A stretch of DNA of 64,000 nucleotides, taken from positions 737,375 to 801,374 of the forward strand of contig CAWGAF010000002.1 in assembly GCA_963820495.1 (NCBI GenBank). Reading direction: 5' to 3'. The position numbers and the translations under genes were made by a program. The notes under the pieces were generated by a model, which did no database searches, was not told where the DNA came from, and worked only from the letters and a program-made list of their open reading frames with translations. This document shows, piece by piece, positions 1 through 10,141 of this stretch; position 1 is the stretch's first letter; each line of letters opens with the position of its first letter. Origin of the DNA: an uncultured Chloroflexia bacterium. Lineage in GTDB: Bacteria > Chloroflexota > Dehalococcoidia > GIF9 > UBA5629.

Positions 1-1420
1 TCAATATGGCCTTATAAGCGTCATAATGAGTAATATATCCAGTTAAACAGGATCCGATTGGTCTCTCAATGCTACCAAGCCTCTTAGCTTTCTGTTCTGG
101 AGTTAAAAACTCAGAGCCTTCGCAATCATTAAGGTAAGTAGGAGGAAACGGATATACGACATTACCACCGGGCTTGTCAAAGTTACCCGTTAAGGCGTAC
201 ATTACTTGGATAGCACGGTTTGTCTGGGCAGCATTTGTGTTCTGCTCGATTCCAGTAAATGTAATAAAGGCCGAAGGTTTGAGAGTAGCCATCCAGATTG
301 CTGCCTGCTCTATATCCTTTGCCGGAACCCAGGTTATCTTCTCAGCCACTTTGGGGTCATATTTGGCAGCACGCTCCGCCAGCAGTTGTAATACGGTCTT
401 GCAGATTATCTCCTTACCTCCAGTTGTCTTTAATGTATAGGTGCCCATAAGGGCGGGTATTACGTTGGTTTGGTTATAACTTACTGTTGCAGAATTGTAT
501 ATGGCTGGATTTATGGTTAGTTCATCCCATATGACATACTTATTAGGATCGCCTTTTGCAGAAATGTCTCGCTCAGTAAGTAAATTTCCATTATCGGTTC
601 TTACCAGAAGCGGTCCGTTTGTCCAGTCTCTCACGAATTCCTTGTCATATAGTCCTCTGCTGAGCATCACATGGATCATGCTCATGGCAATTGCTCCATC
701 GGTTCCCGGTCGCACTATCATATGCATATCGGCATTATCGGCAACTTGTGTGCGCCTGGGATCAAGAGCTATGATTTTGGTGCCTATTCTCTTCTTGGCA
801 TCCATCATTCGATGATAAACTTCATTCTCAACTTCAGCGATGTTATAACCGACAACCATAAGACAGGCACAATTCTCAAATTGAGGTTGCCAGGGTGCAA
901 CCATTTTGAGGTCACCCCATGGAGGTAATTCAAAAGGAACGCCAAAGGTATGGGCCGATAGGACGTCTCGGCAAAACCCGCATGAAGTGGCACCTGTCTC
1001 AGCCCGGTTCGGCGTACCTAAACAATAAGCAAACCTGTGCATAAAAGGGAAATTACCTTGTAAACCACCAGCAACTGGAGCCACTGCCAGTAATAAGATT
1101 GATTCAGCACCATATTTTTCCTTGATTTCACTCAGGCGCTTGGCTGTTGTATCCAGAGCTTCATCCCAGGAGATTCTTACCCAGCCTGGGTCGGGAGAGT
1201 CCTTGGGTTTCGTCCTCTTGAGTGGATAATTGAGCCGGTCAGGATGATATACCAGCTCTGGCCCGGCTAGGCCTTTTTCACATAGATGACCACTGTTAAC
1301 ATGGTCAGTGTCTGCTTTTACCTTTGAGAATACGCCAAACGACTTTTCACAAATAACTGGATGTAAAAGTCCACACATTGAACATAAAGTCCGTATTTCC
1401 TGTTCCTTTTTTGATGACAT
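1..1420 (-). CDS. Molybdopterin (bis-MGD, MopB family) oxidoreductase catalytic subunit; N-terminal part only, the C-terminus lies beyond the window start
   Basis: Absent from the ORF track because it runs off the edge. Manual minus-strand translation from the ATG at 1420 (GGAGG at 1429-1434, complement) gives MSSKKEQEIRTLCSMCGLLHPVIC...NSGHLCEKGLAG...YHPDRLNYPLKR...ISWDEALD...IRPGTDGA. This shows the N-terminal Cys cluster and typical MopB signatures. No twin-arginine signal. Confidence 0.8.
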   Translation of the reverse strand, partial: MSSKKEQEIRTLCSMCGLLHPVICEKSFGVFSKVKADTDHVNSGHLCEKGLAGPELVYHPDRLNYPLKRTKPKDSPDPGWVRISWDEALDTTAKRLSEIKEKYGAESILLLAVAPVAGGLQGNFPFMHRFAYCLGTPNRAETGATSCGFCRDVLSAHTFGVPFELPPWGDLKMVAPWQPQFENCACLMVVGYNIAEVENEVYHRMMDAKKRIGTKIIALDPRRTQVADNADMHMIVRPGTDGAIAMSMIHVMLSRGLYDKEFVRDWTNGPLLVRTDNGNLLTERDISAKGDPNKYVIWDELTINPAIYNSATVSYNQTNVIPALMGTYTLKTTGGKEIICKTVLQLLAERAAKYDPKVAEKITWVPAKDIEQAAIWMATLKPSAFITFTGIEQNTNAAQTNRAIQVMYALTGNFDKPGGNVVYPFPPTYLNDCEGSEFLTPEQKAKRLGSIERPIGSCLTGYITHYDAYKAIL

Positions 1421-1493
1421 AAATAGATACCTCCTTCAGTTGACTTTTCAATAACGAAAACTACTACTTTCTATAATTCATAGAATATTGTGT

Positions 1494-2423
1494 TTATCGT
1501 AGACCTTTTCCGATAACCCACTGTGGGTGCTTTTTATGCAATGTATAAAGTGGCGTGTCTCGGCCGATTTTTTCACTTGGCAAAAGCCTCCTAAACCTCC
1601 CTTTTGCCTCTGCCTCATCTAGGGGCGGCTCCAAAACTTGCGGGTAAATCTTTTTCATCTTCTCTGCAGTCTCTTTAACCCAGTCCTCGATATCTATTGC
1701 GCCCGTGGGACAAATCAGAGCGCAATACATGCATTTTATACAGGGTTTGGCAATGACAGGTGGATCGACAGATAGGTCAATGCCATCCATCGGGCAATTA
1801 TCCATACAGAGCCGGCATTTAGGATAGATACACTTTTCCTTATGGAAGTAAAACATCTTTTTGAATCTCTCGTCGATTTCATCGAATCCAAATCCTCCAG
1901 GTATTGGTGGAGCTGGTTCAGGTGGTGGGGGAATGAGACTGGTCTCGCCAGCGGATATCTTACGACTACGCTCTACCATTTCTCTACCGAATTCCTCTGC
2001 TTCCTTCAGGTCAACTTGATCGGGATGCCCAGCAGTGGGATAAGGATGGGGCATAAATAATAAAATACAATCTCCATACCAGTCACGCCAACCTATTACT
2101 GTTAACCCTTTTTGTTGCATTCTTGGTACCACGCTTGGATAAAGAAGAATTGCCTTGGTGCCATGGGTGGCAAAATAGAATGCATGCTTCCCACCGACAA
2201 ATTTCATGTCGCTTATGAACGCTCTGACATTACCGGGCTCTCCCCAAGCAATTACCGAGCTGCCCAGACCGATTAAGTCATATTGGTATAAGCGCCGCGG
2301 GTTTACGTCTTTAAGCTTGGCGATATCACAATGACCTGCTGCTTGTTTCATGCCTTTCTGAATTGCCTTGGCGACTTTCTCCGTGTTACCTGTTTGCGAG
2401 AAGTAAATAACGATGCATTTCAT
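1494..2423 (-). CDS. Flavodoxin-like domain fused to a 2x[4Fe-4S] ferredoxin domain (paralog 1)
   Basis: N-terminus MKCIVIYFSQTGNTEKVAKAI is a flavodoxin FMN-loop signature. C-terminus has CIYPKCRLCMDNCP and CIKCMYCALICPTGA cluster motifs. Confidence 0.8.
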   Translation of the reverse strand: MKCIVIYFSQTGNTEKVAKAIQKGMKQAAGHCDIAKLKDVNPRRLYQYDLIGLGSSVIAWGEPGNVRAFISDMKFVGGKHAFYFATHGTKAILLYPSVVPRMQQKGLTVIGWRDWYGDCILLFMPHPYPTAGHPDQVDLKEAEEFGREMVERSRKISAGETSLIPPPPEPAPPIPGGFGFDEIDERFKKMFYFHKEKCIYPKCRLCMDNCPMDGIDLSVDPPVIAKPCIKCMYCALICPTGAIDIEDWVKETAEKMKKIYPQVLEPPLDEAEAKGRFRRLLPSEKIGRDTPLYTLHKKHPQWVIGKGLR

Positions 2424-2490
2424 AGTAGCTTATTTCCTTTCAAGTCGTATCAAAATCTTATTGGGCTATGGATTAACGCCTATCATTTGT

Positions 2491-3429
2491 TTATTTGGAT
2501 GTTTGTAATCCCTTTCCGATAACCCAGCGCGGGTGCTTATTATATTTCTTATAGAGGGGAGTGCTATAATCGATTTTCTCTATTGGCACAATCCTTCTGA
2601 AGCGCCCTTCTGCTTCAGCCTCAGCCAAAGCTGGCACAAAAACGTTTGGGACTGTCTCACGGATCTGCGGCGTCGCATATTCAAGCCAGTCATCAATATC
2701 AAGGGCGCCTGTGGGGCAAATAAACATACAAAAACAGCACTTTATGCAAGGATTTAAAAGAACAGGTGGTTTGACGGATAGATCAATACCATCCATGGGG
2801 CAATTATCCATGCATAGTCTACATTTGGGATAGATACATAATTCCTCATGGAATTTCAGCATAGATCTGAATTTACTGTCAACTTCATCGTATACTTCCT
2901 TTTTGGGTATAGGTGCTGCTGCTGGTGGTGTGGGAGGAATGAGTTTGGTCTCACCAGCGGATATTTTACGACTGCGCTCTACCATTTCTCTACCGAATTC
3001 CTCTGCTTCCTTCAAATCAATTTCATCGGGATGTCCAGCAGTGGGATAAGGAGAGGGCATAAACATTAAGGTGCAATTGGCGAACCAGCTACGCCAACCT
3101 ATTACAGTTAGACCCTTTTTTTGTAACTTGGGAATTATACTGGGGAAAAGATGCTCTGGCTTGGTCCCATGGGTGGCGAAGTAGAAAAGGTGCTTTCTCC
3201 CGACAAATTTCATATCGCTTATAAAAGCCCTGACATTGCCGGGCTCTGCCCAGGCAATTACCGAGCTGCCTAAACCAATTAAATCATATTGGTATAAGCG
3301 CCGTGGGTTTACGTCTTTAAGCTTGGCGATATCGCAATGGCCTGCTGCTTTCTTGACACCTTTCTGAATCGCCTTGGCCATTTTCTCTGTGTTACCCGTT
3401 TGGGAGAAGTAAATTACGATACACTTCAT
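2491..3429 (-). CDS. Flavodoxin-like domain fused to a 2x[4Fe-4S] ferredoxin domain (paralog 2, tandem duplicate)
   Basis: Same architecture as 1494..2423. By eye, the first 80 residues differ at 5 positions, and the C-terminal third is more diverged. Confidence 0.8.
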   Translation of the reverse strand: MKCIVIYFSQTGNTEKMAKAIQKGVKKAAGHCDIAKLKDVNPRRLYQYDLIGLGSSVIAWAEPGNVRAFISDMKFVGRKHLFYFATHGTKPEHLFPSIIPKLQKKGLTVIGWRSWFANCTLMFMPSPYPTAGHPDEIDLKEAEEFGREMVERSRKISAGETKLIPPTPPAAAPIPKKEVYDEVDSKFRSMLKFHEELCIYPKCRLCMDNCPMDGIDLSVKPPVLLNPCIKCCFCMFICPTGALDIDDWLEYATPQIRETVPNVFVPALAEAEAEGRFRRIVPIEKIDYSTPLYKKYNKHPRWVIGKGLQTSK

Positions 3430-3598
3430 AGCAGATTATCTCCTTTTTAATATTATCTAAAAGTCTTCCTTACCTGCAGATTAACTGCTGACCATTGTAT
3501 GATACGCTAAATATCCTTATTTTTATCTTGTCTGTTATAAGCTATCACCTCCTTATAAGTCTGAGTTTAAACGGATTCTGGTCTAACTATGGCTAGTC

Positions 3599-4339
3599 TC
3601 AGCCAATACCCAGACTGTCAAAGGCTTTTTTATCGAATTCTGGACCTTTATCAGTAAATGATATAGGAACCCATGGCATTTCCTTTAAGTTTTGCGTAAT
3701 GATAGGGAGCCAATCAAAGGGAATTGATATCAGTTGATGACCTTCCGGAAACGCTTTTCTCGCTTTCATGCCCCAGCCGAGTCCAGTAGTTATGTAATTT
3801 ACCTCTCCGGTTTTGTACGGGTAAACATAGAGCCAAGCACAGCCTAGCACGTTAGTCATTTTACTGGTCAATATTTTCCCGGTTGTATAGCTCAATGCTC
3901 TCAGCATTATTTCTGTCTGGCTGGTCTTGTCAGTAAAAACTATAAAAAGGTCCGGGTCAAATGATAATTTGTTCAAGGGAGAGAAAGCTACATAGTTAAC
4001 GGTATCTTTCTCCAGCCTCGGTAAAACATCATAGACTCTTCTGTTAGCACGCGCATCCTTAAAGCATTGTAAATTAACGCCAAGTTGTCCGCTTTTAATA
4101 ATTGGTGGCAAGTCGCATCCACCAAGTACATATCTTGCTGGTTCACAAGCTTGGTTTTCTAAATCGGCGTAAAAAGGAGATGCTCTTTGTTGAGTTTCCC
4201 TAATCATTTCGCAAAAACCTACATTTTTGTCCAATCTCTTAATCTTTCCTGGTTTGGCGAATAGGAACTTAACACCTACGGGCGGATTCTCAAAATTGAA
4301 TTTGTCGAATATGGATAAATCTAATGTAAGCGGATTCAT
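3599..4339 (-). CDS. DUF169-like protein (COG2043 type), function unknown
   Basis: 246 aa. N-terminal ...FENPPVGVKFLF... and the overall size resemble DUF169 as I remember it. Assigned from memory, not from a search. Confidence 0.5.
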   Translation of the reverse strand: MNPLTLDLSIFDKFNFENPPVGVKFLFAKPGKIKRLDKNVGFCEMIRETQQRASPFYADLENQACEPARYVLGGCDLPPIIKSGQLGVNLQCFKDARANRRVYDVLPRLEKDTVNYVAFSPLNKLSFDPDLFIVFTDKTSQTEIMLRALSYTTGKILTSKMTNVLGCAWLYVYPYKTGEVNYITTGLGWGMKARKAFPEGHQLISIPFDWLPIITQNLKEMPWVPISFTDKGPEFDKKAFDSLGIG

Positions 4340-4570
4340 AGCTCTCTCCTCTTAGTTTCATATCGTGCTAACCTGACCCCAGAAATTGGCCGACTTTTAG
4401 TTGATATTTTCGGCATAACACCGTAGCTATAACTTATACCTTAGGGTTTGTATTTCTCAAGCATTCGTCTCTATAAACCGTATTTTGGGGTAAAGTCAAT
4501 CATACCTTTGCACTTTCCTGTTTTATCTCATCAAGCTAAATTCGACTTCAAACCAGTATATTGCTTTGCA

Positions 4571-4605
4571 TTTGGGATGTCTTGATACAATCAAGACATC
4601 CCAAA
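4571..4605. terminator. Perfect 15-bp stem / 5-nt loop hairpin downstream of the SBP gene (terminator or mRNA stabiliser)
   Basis: tttgggatgtcttga-tacaa-tcaagacatcccaaa. There is no strong U-run on either strand. Confidence 0.4.
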
Positions 4606-4657
4606 TAATCATCTTAGAAAAGGAGCAAAAGTGTTAATATTTCATCAATGCTATGTT

Positions 4658-5878
4658 TTATGGTAACCACACATCACCCCACTTAATAAACTCTAATTCA
4701 CCATTCATAAATCGGCTTACGGGAGCAGGTTTGAATATCATGTGGTTGCTCCCAAAAGTCTTGGCACCTCCCAGTTTTGCTATTCCGCACGAAGTTTCAA
4801 TGGTTGACATGTTTTCTAGGGCATCCTTTACATCGGTAGGGTCAAGGCTTTGTGCTTTTTCCATGGCTTGCGCCAGCTCCCACAATGGATCCCAGGCCTC
4901 TGGCGCATCTGCATCACATGGATCAGTATGAGATTTTCCCCAGCGTGTTACAATTTCCTTTATCATAGGGGTAGCATCTGGTCCATATACATCACAAACA
5001 TTGTAAATGAAATCGGTTAAAAGGTCTTTAGCTACCATTTTTTGAAGTAAATGTGGATCGCCACCGACTGGACAAAACATGGGACCTATATAGCCTAACT
5101 GCCGACCCTGTTTTATACAATTAGCGGTATTATCAGGCAAATTTAAACCAATGTCCACCGCATCCGGATTCTGACTTATAATTTTGGTCCATTCAGGAAA
5201 AAACTCGCTTGCTTCCCAAGGGTGAACCTGTGGTTCCAGCATTGTAAGTCCACGCGCTTTAGCTATATTCTGTGATACCTCGGCCGCAGCACGTGCTCCA
5301 GTTTCATCGTTTATAATCTGGCCTATCGTTTTAACGCCGGGATATTTCTCGAGCAGCGTTTCGTAAACAATAGGCGTAGGTCCAGCATGGTTATACATGG
5401 ATGTGAAAGTGTAGGGCTCATTTGAACTAACAACGTCAGTTCTAGTTGAGATATATAGAACCTTGTTTTTTTCAGTGACAGACGATACTGCATGAGCTTG
5501 CACGGGTATCACACACCCAATAATGAATTTTACATTTTCTTCATAAACGAGTCTGGTGGCAGCGTCTACAGCCCCAGGAGGGGTCATCTTGCTATCCTCA
5601 TCAACCAATTCAATCTTATATTGCTCCCCTTTAATCGTGATCCCGCCTTTCTCATTAAGCCAGTCGGCACATAATTGAGTAACGTCTCTTTCCATTAGTT
5701 GATGTTGAGAACCTGGGCCAGTGAGTCCGTAAATGATTCCAACCTTTAAAGTTTTAGCCTGTGGCGTTGGAGCTGGAGCTGGTGTTGGTGTTGGTCCTGG
5801 TGCTTGTTGGGCACAGCCGCCAAGAACCAGGGCTGATACTAATACAACCATCATTAGGATAATAAATAACTTCTTCAA
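4658..5878 (-). CDS. Liv/Leu-Ile-Val-type ABC substrate-binding lipoprotein (orphan SBP)
   Basis: Signal peptide with lipobox LVLGGC, a PTPTPAPAPTP linker, then a type-I periplasmic-binding-fold-like sequence. Confidence 0.8.
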   Translation of the reverse strand: MKKLFIILMMVVLVSALVLGGCAQQAPGPTPTPAPAPTPQAKTLKVGIIYGLTGPGSQHQLMERDVTQLCADWLNEKGGITIKGEQYKIELVDEDSKMTPPGAVDAATRLVYEENVKFIIGCVIPVQAHAVSSVTEKNKVLYISTRTDVVSSNEPYTFTSMYNHAGPTPIVYETLLEKYPGVKTIGQIINDETGARAAAEVSQNIAKARGLTMLEPQVHPWEASEFFPEWTKIISQNPDAVDIGLNLPDNTANCIKQGRQLGYIGPMFCPVGGDPHLLQKMVAKDLLTDFIYNVCDVYGPDATPMIKEIVTRWGKSHTDPCDADAPEAWDPLWELAQAMEKAQSLDPTDVKDALENMSTIETSCGIAKLGGAKTFGSNHMIFKPAPVSRFMNGELEFIKWGDVWLP

Positions 5879-6155
5879 AGTTTACCCCCCTTACTAATTT
5901 TGCTCTATTCAAATAGAATTTTAATTCGTTGTTGTCAACATCTTTACATAATGTATGCTTACCTCCTTTACATAGTATAGACTTTATGATTTTAAAAATC
6001 TACGCTTTTGGCTTTAAAAAGATAATAAGCCAATCTTCTTTAGGGTGGTTTCACCAGAAGCTTCCTCTCGCTCAAGTGGCCACAGACAAACCACAGGTCA
6101 CGGCCCTCTGCCATTCTACGTGCAATTGGCGGAATTATAGCAATCTAACTTTATC

Positions 6156-6184
6156 TTGTCAATAATATTAATTTTACATATAAT
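6156..6184 (+). promoter_or_regulatory. Candidate sigma70-type promoter for the MarR gene
   Basis: TTGTCA (6156-6161), 17-nt spacer, TATAAT (6179-6184). Confidence 0.35.
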
Positions 6185-6271
6185 ATATTATCATTTGTTA
6201 CCTTTTTACTTGTTTTTTATTTTTAAAGTGATGTTTATTAAAATATACTGTAAAAGAGGTTTGGCATAAGA

Positions 6272-6832
6272 ATGGCTAGAGCCGGAAGATACGATAAGAG
6301 GATGTACTCTTTGAGTAAGCGTCTTAGAGTTCAGGCGAAAAATATAAGGATTGATAACTTTTTCTCATTCCTTTATACCGCAGATATGGTTTTCAATTAT
6401 ATAGACTACGAGTTGCGACAGACTGGATTAAATCGGACTCAAATGGCTATTTTGTCTATCCTGGTACTCAATGGGGGTACAATGACACCGACTGAATTGA
6501 GCAGCAAGGTACTGCGGTCAAAACACGCCACTACTAAGGCCGTAGACAGCCTTGAGAAACTGGGCCTGACGAAAAGTGAGAAGATAAACCTAAACTCAAA
6601 AGTAAAGGGGGATCGTAGGCTTAGAAAGGTTAGCATAACAGAAAAAGGGTTAGAGCTTTTGGAAACCTCTATGCCTGCTAGGCATCGTTTTGGCTCTTCG
6701 CTTATGTGTTGTTTGGATAGACAAGAAGCTAATACATTTAAGACTATTTTAAGTCGACTCAGAAAACACATAGCCGATCTTGAGAATTCTGTAAGCCCAA
6801 GTAAAAGTAGTATTCGCACTACTTCCCATTAA
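6272..6832 (+). CDS. MarR-family winged-helix transcriptional regulator
   Basis: LNRTQMAILSILVLNGGTMTPTELSSKVLRSKHATTKAVDSLEKLGL... is a MarR wHTH pattern. The start codon is uncertain because the N-terminus is long. Confidence 0.75.
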   Translation: MARAGRYDKRMYSLSKRLRVQAKNIRIDNFFSFLYTADMVFNYIDYELRQTGLNRTQMAILSILVLNGGTMTPTELSSKVLRSKHATTKAVDSLEKLGLTKSEKINLNSKVKGDRRLRKVSITEKGLELLETSMPARHRFGSSLMCCLDRQEANTFKTILSRLRKHIADLENSVSPSKSSIRTTSH

Positions 6833-7094
6833 GAGAAGCTGACGCCCAACTTAGTAAACTGGCTGAAGATAAAAAGAAGAAGTGGGGTATTAGTGCTCAA
6901 TCCATGGTCGTCTCCTATGTGCTGCATGAAGGAATGTCAGTAATAAGTCAAAGGACCCCACCAGAAACATAGAAGTGCTTAAAAGAAATTGAGCTTGGAA
7001 GTTAAAAAATAAATCTCTCCAGTCTGAATTGAATTATCGTCGGAACAATGATAACATGAGCAGCGGTATTTTCTAGACTGGGGTAGGTTTTAGG

Positions 7095-7907
7095 ATGACC
7101 AGCGATAATGGTGTGAAGATACGAATCGAAAATCTCTCACTCTCCTTTGGTGGCGTTGAAGCTCTTAAAGAGGTCAGTGTTGATGTAAAGGACAATGAAA
7201 TTTTAGCCATCATTGGGCCGAACGGTGCTGGTAAGACCTGTGTACTTAACTGTATCAATGGCTTTTACAAACCACAAAAAGGCGAGATATATTTTGAGGG
7301 TAAGAGAATTACCCGGATGCGTCCAGATAAAATTGCCCGTATTGGCATATCCAGAACTTTCCAGAATATAGAACTGTATTCTGGACTAAGCACTCTGGAC
7401 AATATTATGGCTGCCAGACATGTCCTTATGAAGCAGAATGTTTTAAGCTCTGCTCTGTATTTTGGTTGGGCACATAAAGAAGAAATTCAGCACCGTAAAA
7501 CAGTTGAGGATATTATTGATTTTCTGGAAATAGAGACCATCAGGAAAAAGGTAGTTGGCGCATTGCCTTATGGTATGCGTAAGAGGGTGGAGTTGGGAAG
7601 AGCTCTGGCACGTGAACCTAAGGTTTTGTTACTGGATGAACCGATGGCTGGGATGAATCTGGAGGAAAAAGAAGATATCGCCAGATTCATCATTGATATA
7701 TTTGAAGGACAGGGAGCTACTTATCCGGATACGCCGGCTCTAAGCCAGGGGGTAAGTTGTATTGTCCTTATTGAGCACGATATGGGTGTAGTGATGGATG
7801 TAGCGGATAGGATTGTGGTTCTTGACTTTGGTCGTAAAATTGCTGAGGGTACTCCTGCGGAAATTCGAACAAACCCTGAGGTTATTTCAGCTTATCTAGG
7901 GGCATGA
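7095..7907 (+). CDS. livG: Branched-chain-amino-acid-type ABC transporter ATP-binding protein (LivG-like)
   Basis: Walker A GPNGAGKT, LivG-type insertion, LLLDEPMAGM, C-terminal NPEVISAYLG. Confidence 0.88.
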   Translation: MTSDNGVKIRIENLSLSFGGVEALKEVSVDVKDNEILAIIGPNGAGKTCVLNCINGFYKPQKGEIYFEGKRITRMRPDKIARIGISRTFQNIELYSGLSTLDNIMAARHVLMKQNVLSSALYFGWAHKEEIQHRKTVEDIIDFLEIETIRKKVVGALPYGMRKRVELGRALAREPKVLLLDEPMAGMNLEEKEDIARFIIDIFEGQGATYPDTPALSQGVSCIVLIEHDMGVVMDVADRIVVLDFGRKIAEGTPAEIRTNPEVISAYLGA

Positions 7908-7948
7908 GTGTGTTATAGCAGGGTTGTATTACACACTGGGCTATCTAG

Positions 7949-8740
7949 TTATAGCCACCTTTTCCGTCTCTTATAATGTTTTACTGAACGGTAGCTCTTT
8001 TTGGAGCCCACTGCGGATAGTCCCATATAAAATTCTTTAACATCTTCATTATTCTTTAAAAAATCGGCACTACCATCAAGGACGACTCTGCCATTTTCCA
8101 TAACATATCCGTAGTGTGCAATGCTAAGCGCAATTCTGACGTTTTGCTCTACCAGTAAAACCGATGTGTGTTTCTCGGTATTGAATTTTTTTATAATATC
8201 GTATATTTCCTCAACCAGCATTGGCGCTAAGCCCAGCGAAGGTTCATCGAGCATCATCAGCTTTGGTGCAGCCATCATGGCACGACCTATTACCAGCATT
8301 TGTTGTTCACCACCGGAAAGGTATCCGGCAATATTATTTCTGAGGCCCTTGAGACGAGGGAAGTAAGTATAAACCATGCTCATGTCTTCTTTGCTGGCGT
8401 TGTGGTCAGCCCGATTGTGAGCTCCAACTAGTAAATTCTCTTCTGCAGTTAGATGTCCGAAAACTCTTCGTCCTTCCAGTGCTTGAATAATACCCAACTT
8501 GCCAATCTCTTCAGCACTCTTTTTATCTATTCTTTCGCCATTCCATTCAATGCTGCCATCAGTTACCTCTCCTTCTTCAACATGGAGAAGACCAGAAATT
8601 GCCTTGAGTACGGTGCTTTTACCAGCGCCGTTAGCACCGAGTAAAGCAATAATGAAGCCATCCTCTACATTTAGAGAAACTCCATGCAAGACTCGTATAA
8701 CATTGAGATAAGTAACCTCTATGTTATTTAGTTTGAGCAT
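7949..8740 (-). CDS. livF: Branched-chain-amino-acid-type ABC transporter ATP-binding protein (LivF-like) with a basic C-terminal tail
   Basis: GANGAGKST, LSGGEQQML, MMLDEPSLGLAP. Extra C-terminal tail ...KHYKRRKRWL. Confidence 0.88.
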   Translation of the reverse strand: MLKLNNIEVTYLNVIRVLHGVSLNVEDGFIIALLGANGAGKSTVLKAISGLLHVEEGEVTDGSIEWNGERIDKKSAEEIGKLGIIQALEGRRVFGHLTAEENLLVGAHNRADHNASKEDMSMVYTYFPRLKGLRNNIAGYLSGGEQQMLVIGRAMMAAPKLMMLDEPSLGLAPMLVEEIYDIIKKFNTEKHTSVLLVEQNVRIALSIAHYGYVMENGRVVLDGSADFLKNNEDVKEFYMGLSAVGSKKSYRSVKHYKRRKRWL

Positions 8741-8756
8741 ATTTGATTACCCTCGT

Positions 8757-8782
8757 AAGGGCTCCGCGGTCGCGGAGCCCTT
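8757..8782 (-). promoter_or_regulatory. GC-rich intra-operon hairpin between the SBP and livF genes
   Basis: aagggctccgcg-gt-cgcggagccctt, a near-perfect palindrome with no U-run. This is typical of hairpins that stabilise the SBP transcript or attenuate readthrough. Confidence 0.5.
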
Positions 8783-8793
8783 ATTGGCTCTCT

Positions 8794-10065
8794 CTATTTG
8801 CCAAACCAGTCGAATTCTTCGTACTTGACGAGTGGCGCTTCAATCCAGTCAGTTATCGGAGTGATTGTCCCTTTTTTGATCTGGAATACTCGGAGCATCT
8901 TCGACAATCTATTATCGCCAGGCGTGTAACTTACGGGACCGTGAAGACCACCAACATCATAGCCATTTAGCTTCTGGATACCCTTGGTCTCAATAGCCTG
9001 CCATGATTCTACATTACCTTTGGCAAGCACATCATAGCTGACGTTCTTTAAGGCTGTCCTCAAAATCTCGGCCATGATCAAACTCTGTGCCCACGAAGTA
9101 ATGTAGTCCATGTTGCCATAGTCTTTAGGATGCAGCTTCTGGCAATATTCTGTCATTTTAGCCATGCCGGGAACATTATCTCCCCAATTCACTGTTGGGA
9201 ATACACCGTAGACACCCTCAACAATATCGGAACCAGCGATATCAACGAGTGCCTTGGTTATACCGGCATGACCCAACCCGATGGTTATGCCAGGATACAG
9301 GCCCAGTTCAGAAGCGTTCTTGATGATGACAGCAGTAGGTGCTGGTGTACTGGAAATATACAGGGCATCGGGGTTCATAGACTTAATTCGGGTCAGGGAT
9401 TCCATCTCGGATATAGTGTCAGCCTTATGCTCCTCAACAGCAATGATCTCAATGCCCAGTTTGTCAGCAGCAGCCTTAGCTGCGTCCCTGGCTCCGTAGC
9501 CCGTGGTGTTGTTGAGCAGGTGCAAGGCCATCTTTGGTTTTCCAGGCCCCTTCCAGATATTTTTCATATAGTAGTTGGCAAAAGCTGTCCAGTCATCACC
9601 GTAATCAGTCATCTGACCATAAATGTGCTGCGGTGGTCGGTGTAATGTGGGAGCATTGAATGCAACTAGTCCAGGGAACTCAGCGCGGTTAGCAATTTCC
9701 TTACAAGCCGTCATCATTGCAGACGAGGCAGTACCGAACATTAGGCAACCTTCGTCCATGAATCTCTTGACGAGGGTAACCATCTTGGCGGCATCGTAGC
9801 CATCGTCAAACCACAAAACATCAATAGTATATCCCTCAACACCACCAAGTTCTTCATTGATATATTTAATAGCATCGAGATTGGCATGTCCCATCGGAGA
9901 TCCTTTCTCAGCAGCTTTTCCAGTTGAAGGTGTAGTTATGCCTATCTTCAGCGTCTGTCCTTGTTTTGGTGTGGGAGCTGTAGCACAGCCGGTAATAATA
10001 GGCAGCGCTATTAGTACTAGTACTAAACACATAATTAAAGGCAATATCGATATTTTTTTAATCAT
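8794..10065 (-). CDS. Liv-type ABC substrate-binding lipoprotein
   Basis: Signal peptide with lipobox PIITGC. Sits in the operon between the permeases and the ATPase. Confidence 0.82.
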   Translation of the reverse strand: MIKKISILPLIMCLVLVLIALPIITGCATAPTPKQGQTLKIGITTPSTGKAAEKGSPMGHANLDAIKYINEELGGVEGYTIDVLWFDDGYDAAKMVTLVKRFMDEGCLMFGTASSAMMTACKEIANRAEFPGLVAFNAPTLHRPPQHIYGQMTDYGDDWTAFANYYMKNIWKGPGKPKMALHLLNNTTGYGARDAAKAAADKLGIEIIAVEEHKADTISEMESLTRIKSMNPDALYISSTPAPTAVIIKNASELGLYPGITIGLGHAGITKALVDIAGSDIVEGVYGVFPTVNWGDNVPGMAKMTEYCQKLHPKDYGNMDYITSWAQSLIMAEILRTALKNVSYDVLAKGNVESWQAIETKGIQKLNGYDVGGLHGPVSYTPGDNRLSKMLRVFQIKKGTITPITDWIEAPLVKYEEFDWFGK

Positions 10066-10141
10066 TTAAACCCTCCTGAAATTTTTATTTTACATTCGAG
10101 TTGTTCATGCACTACTACATCAGTAAATACCTCCTGTCCAG

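Noticed and set aside
5904-5917. Small palindrome TCTATTcaAATAGA in the SBP/MarR divergent region as a MarR operator
   Set aside because: It has only 6-bp arms in an AT-rich region, so the chance expectation is high. I noted it but there is not enough evidence to call it.
9130-9645. 171-aa plus-strand ORF
   Set aside because: It lies antisense within the SBP gene 8794..10065 and has no motifs.
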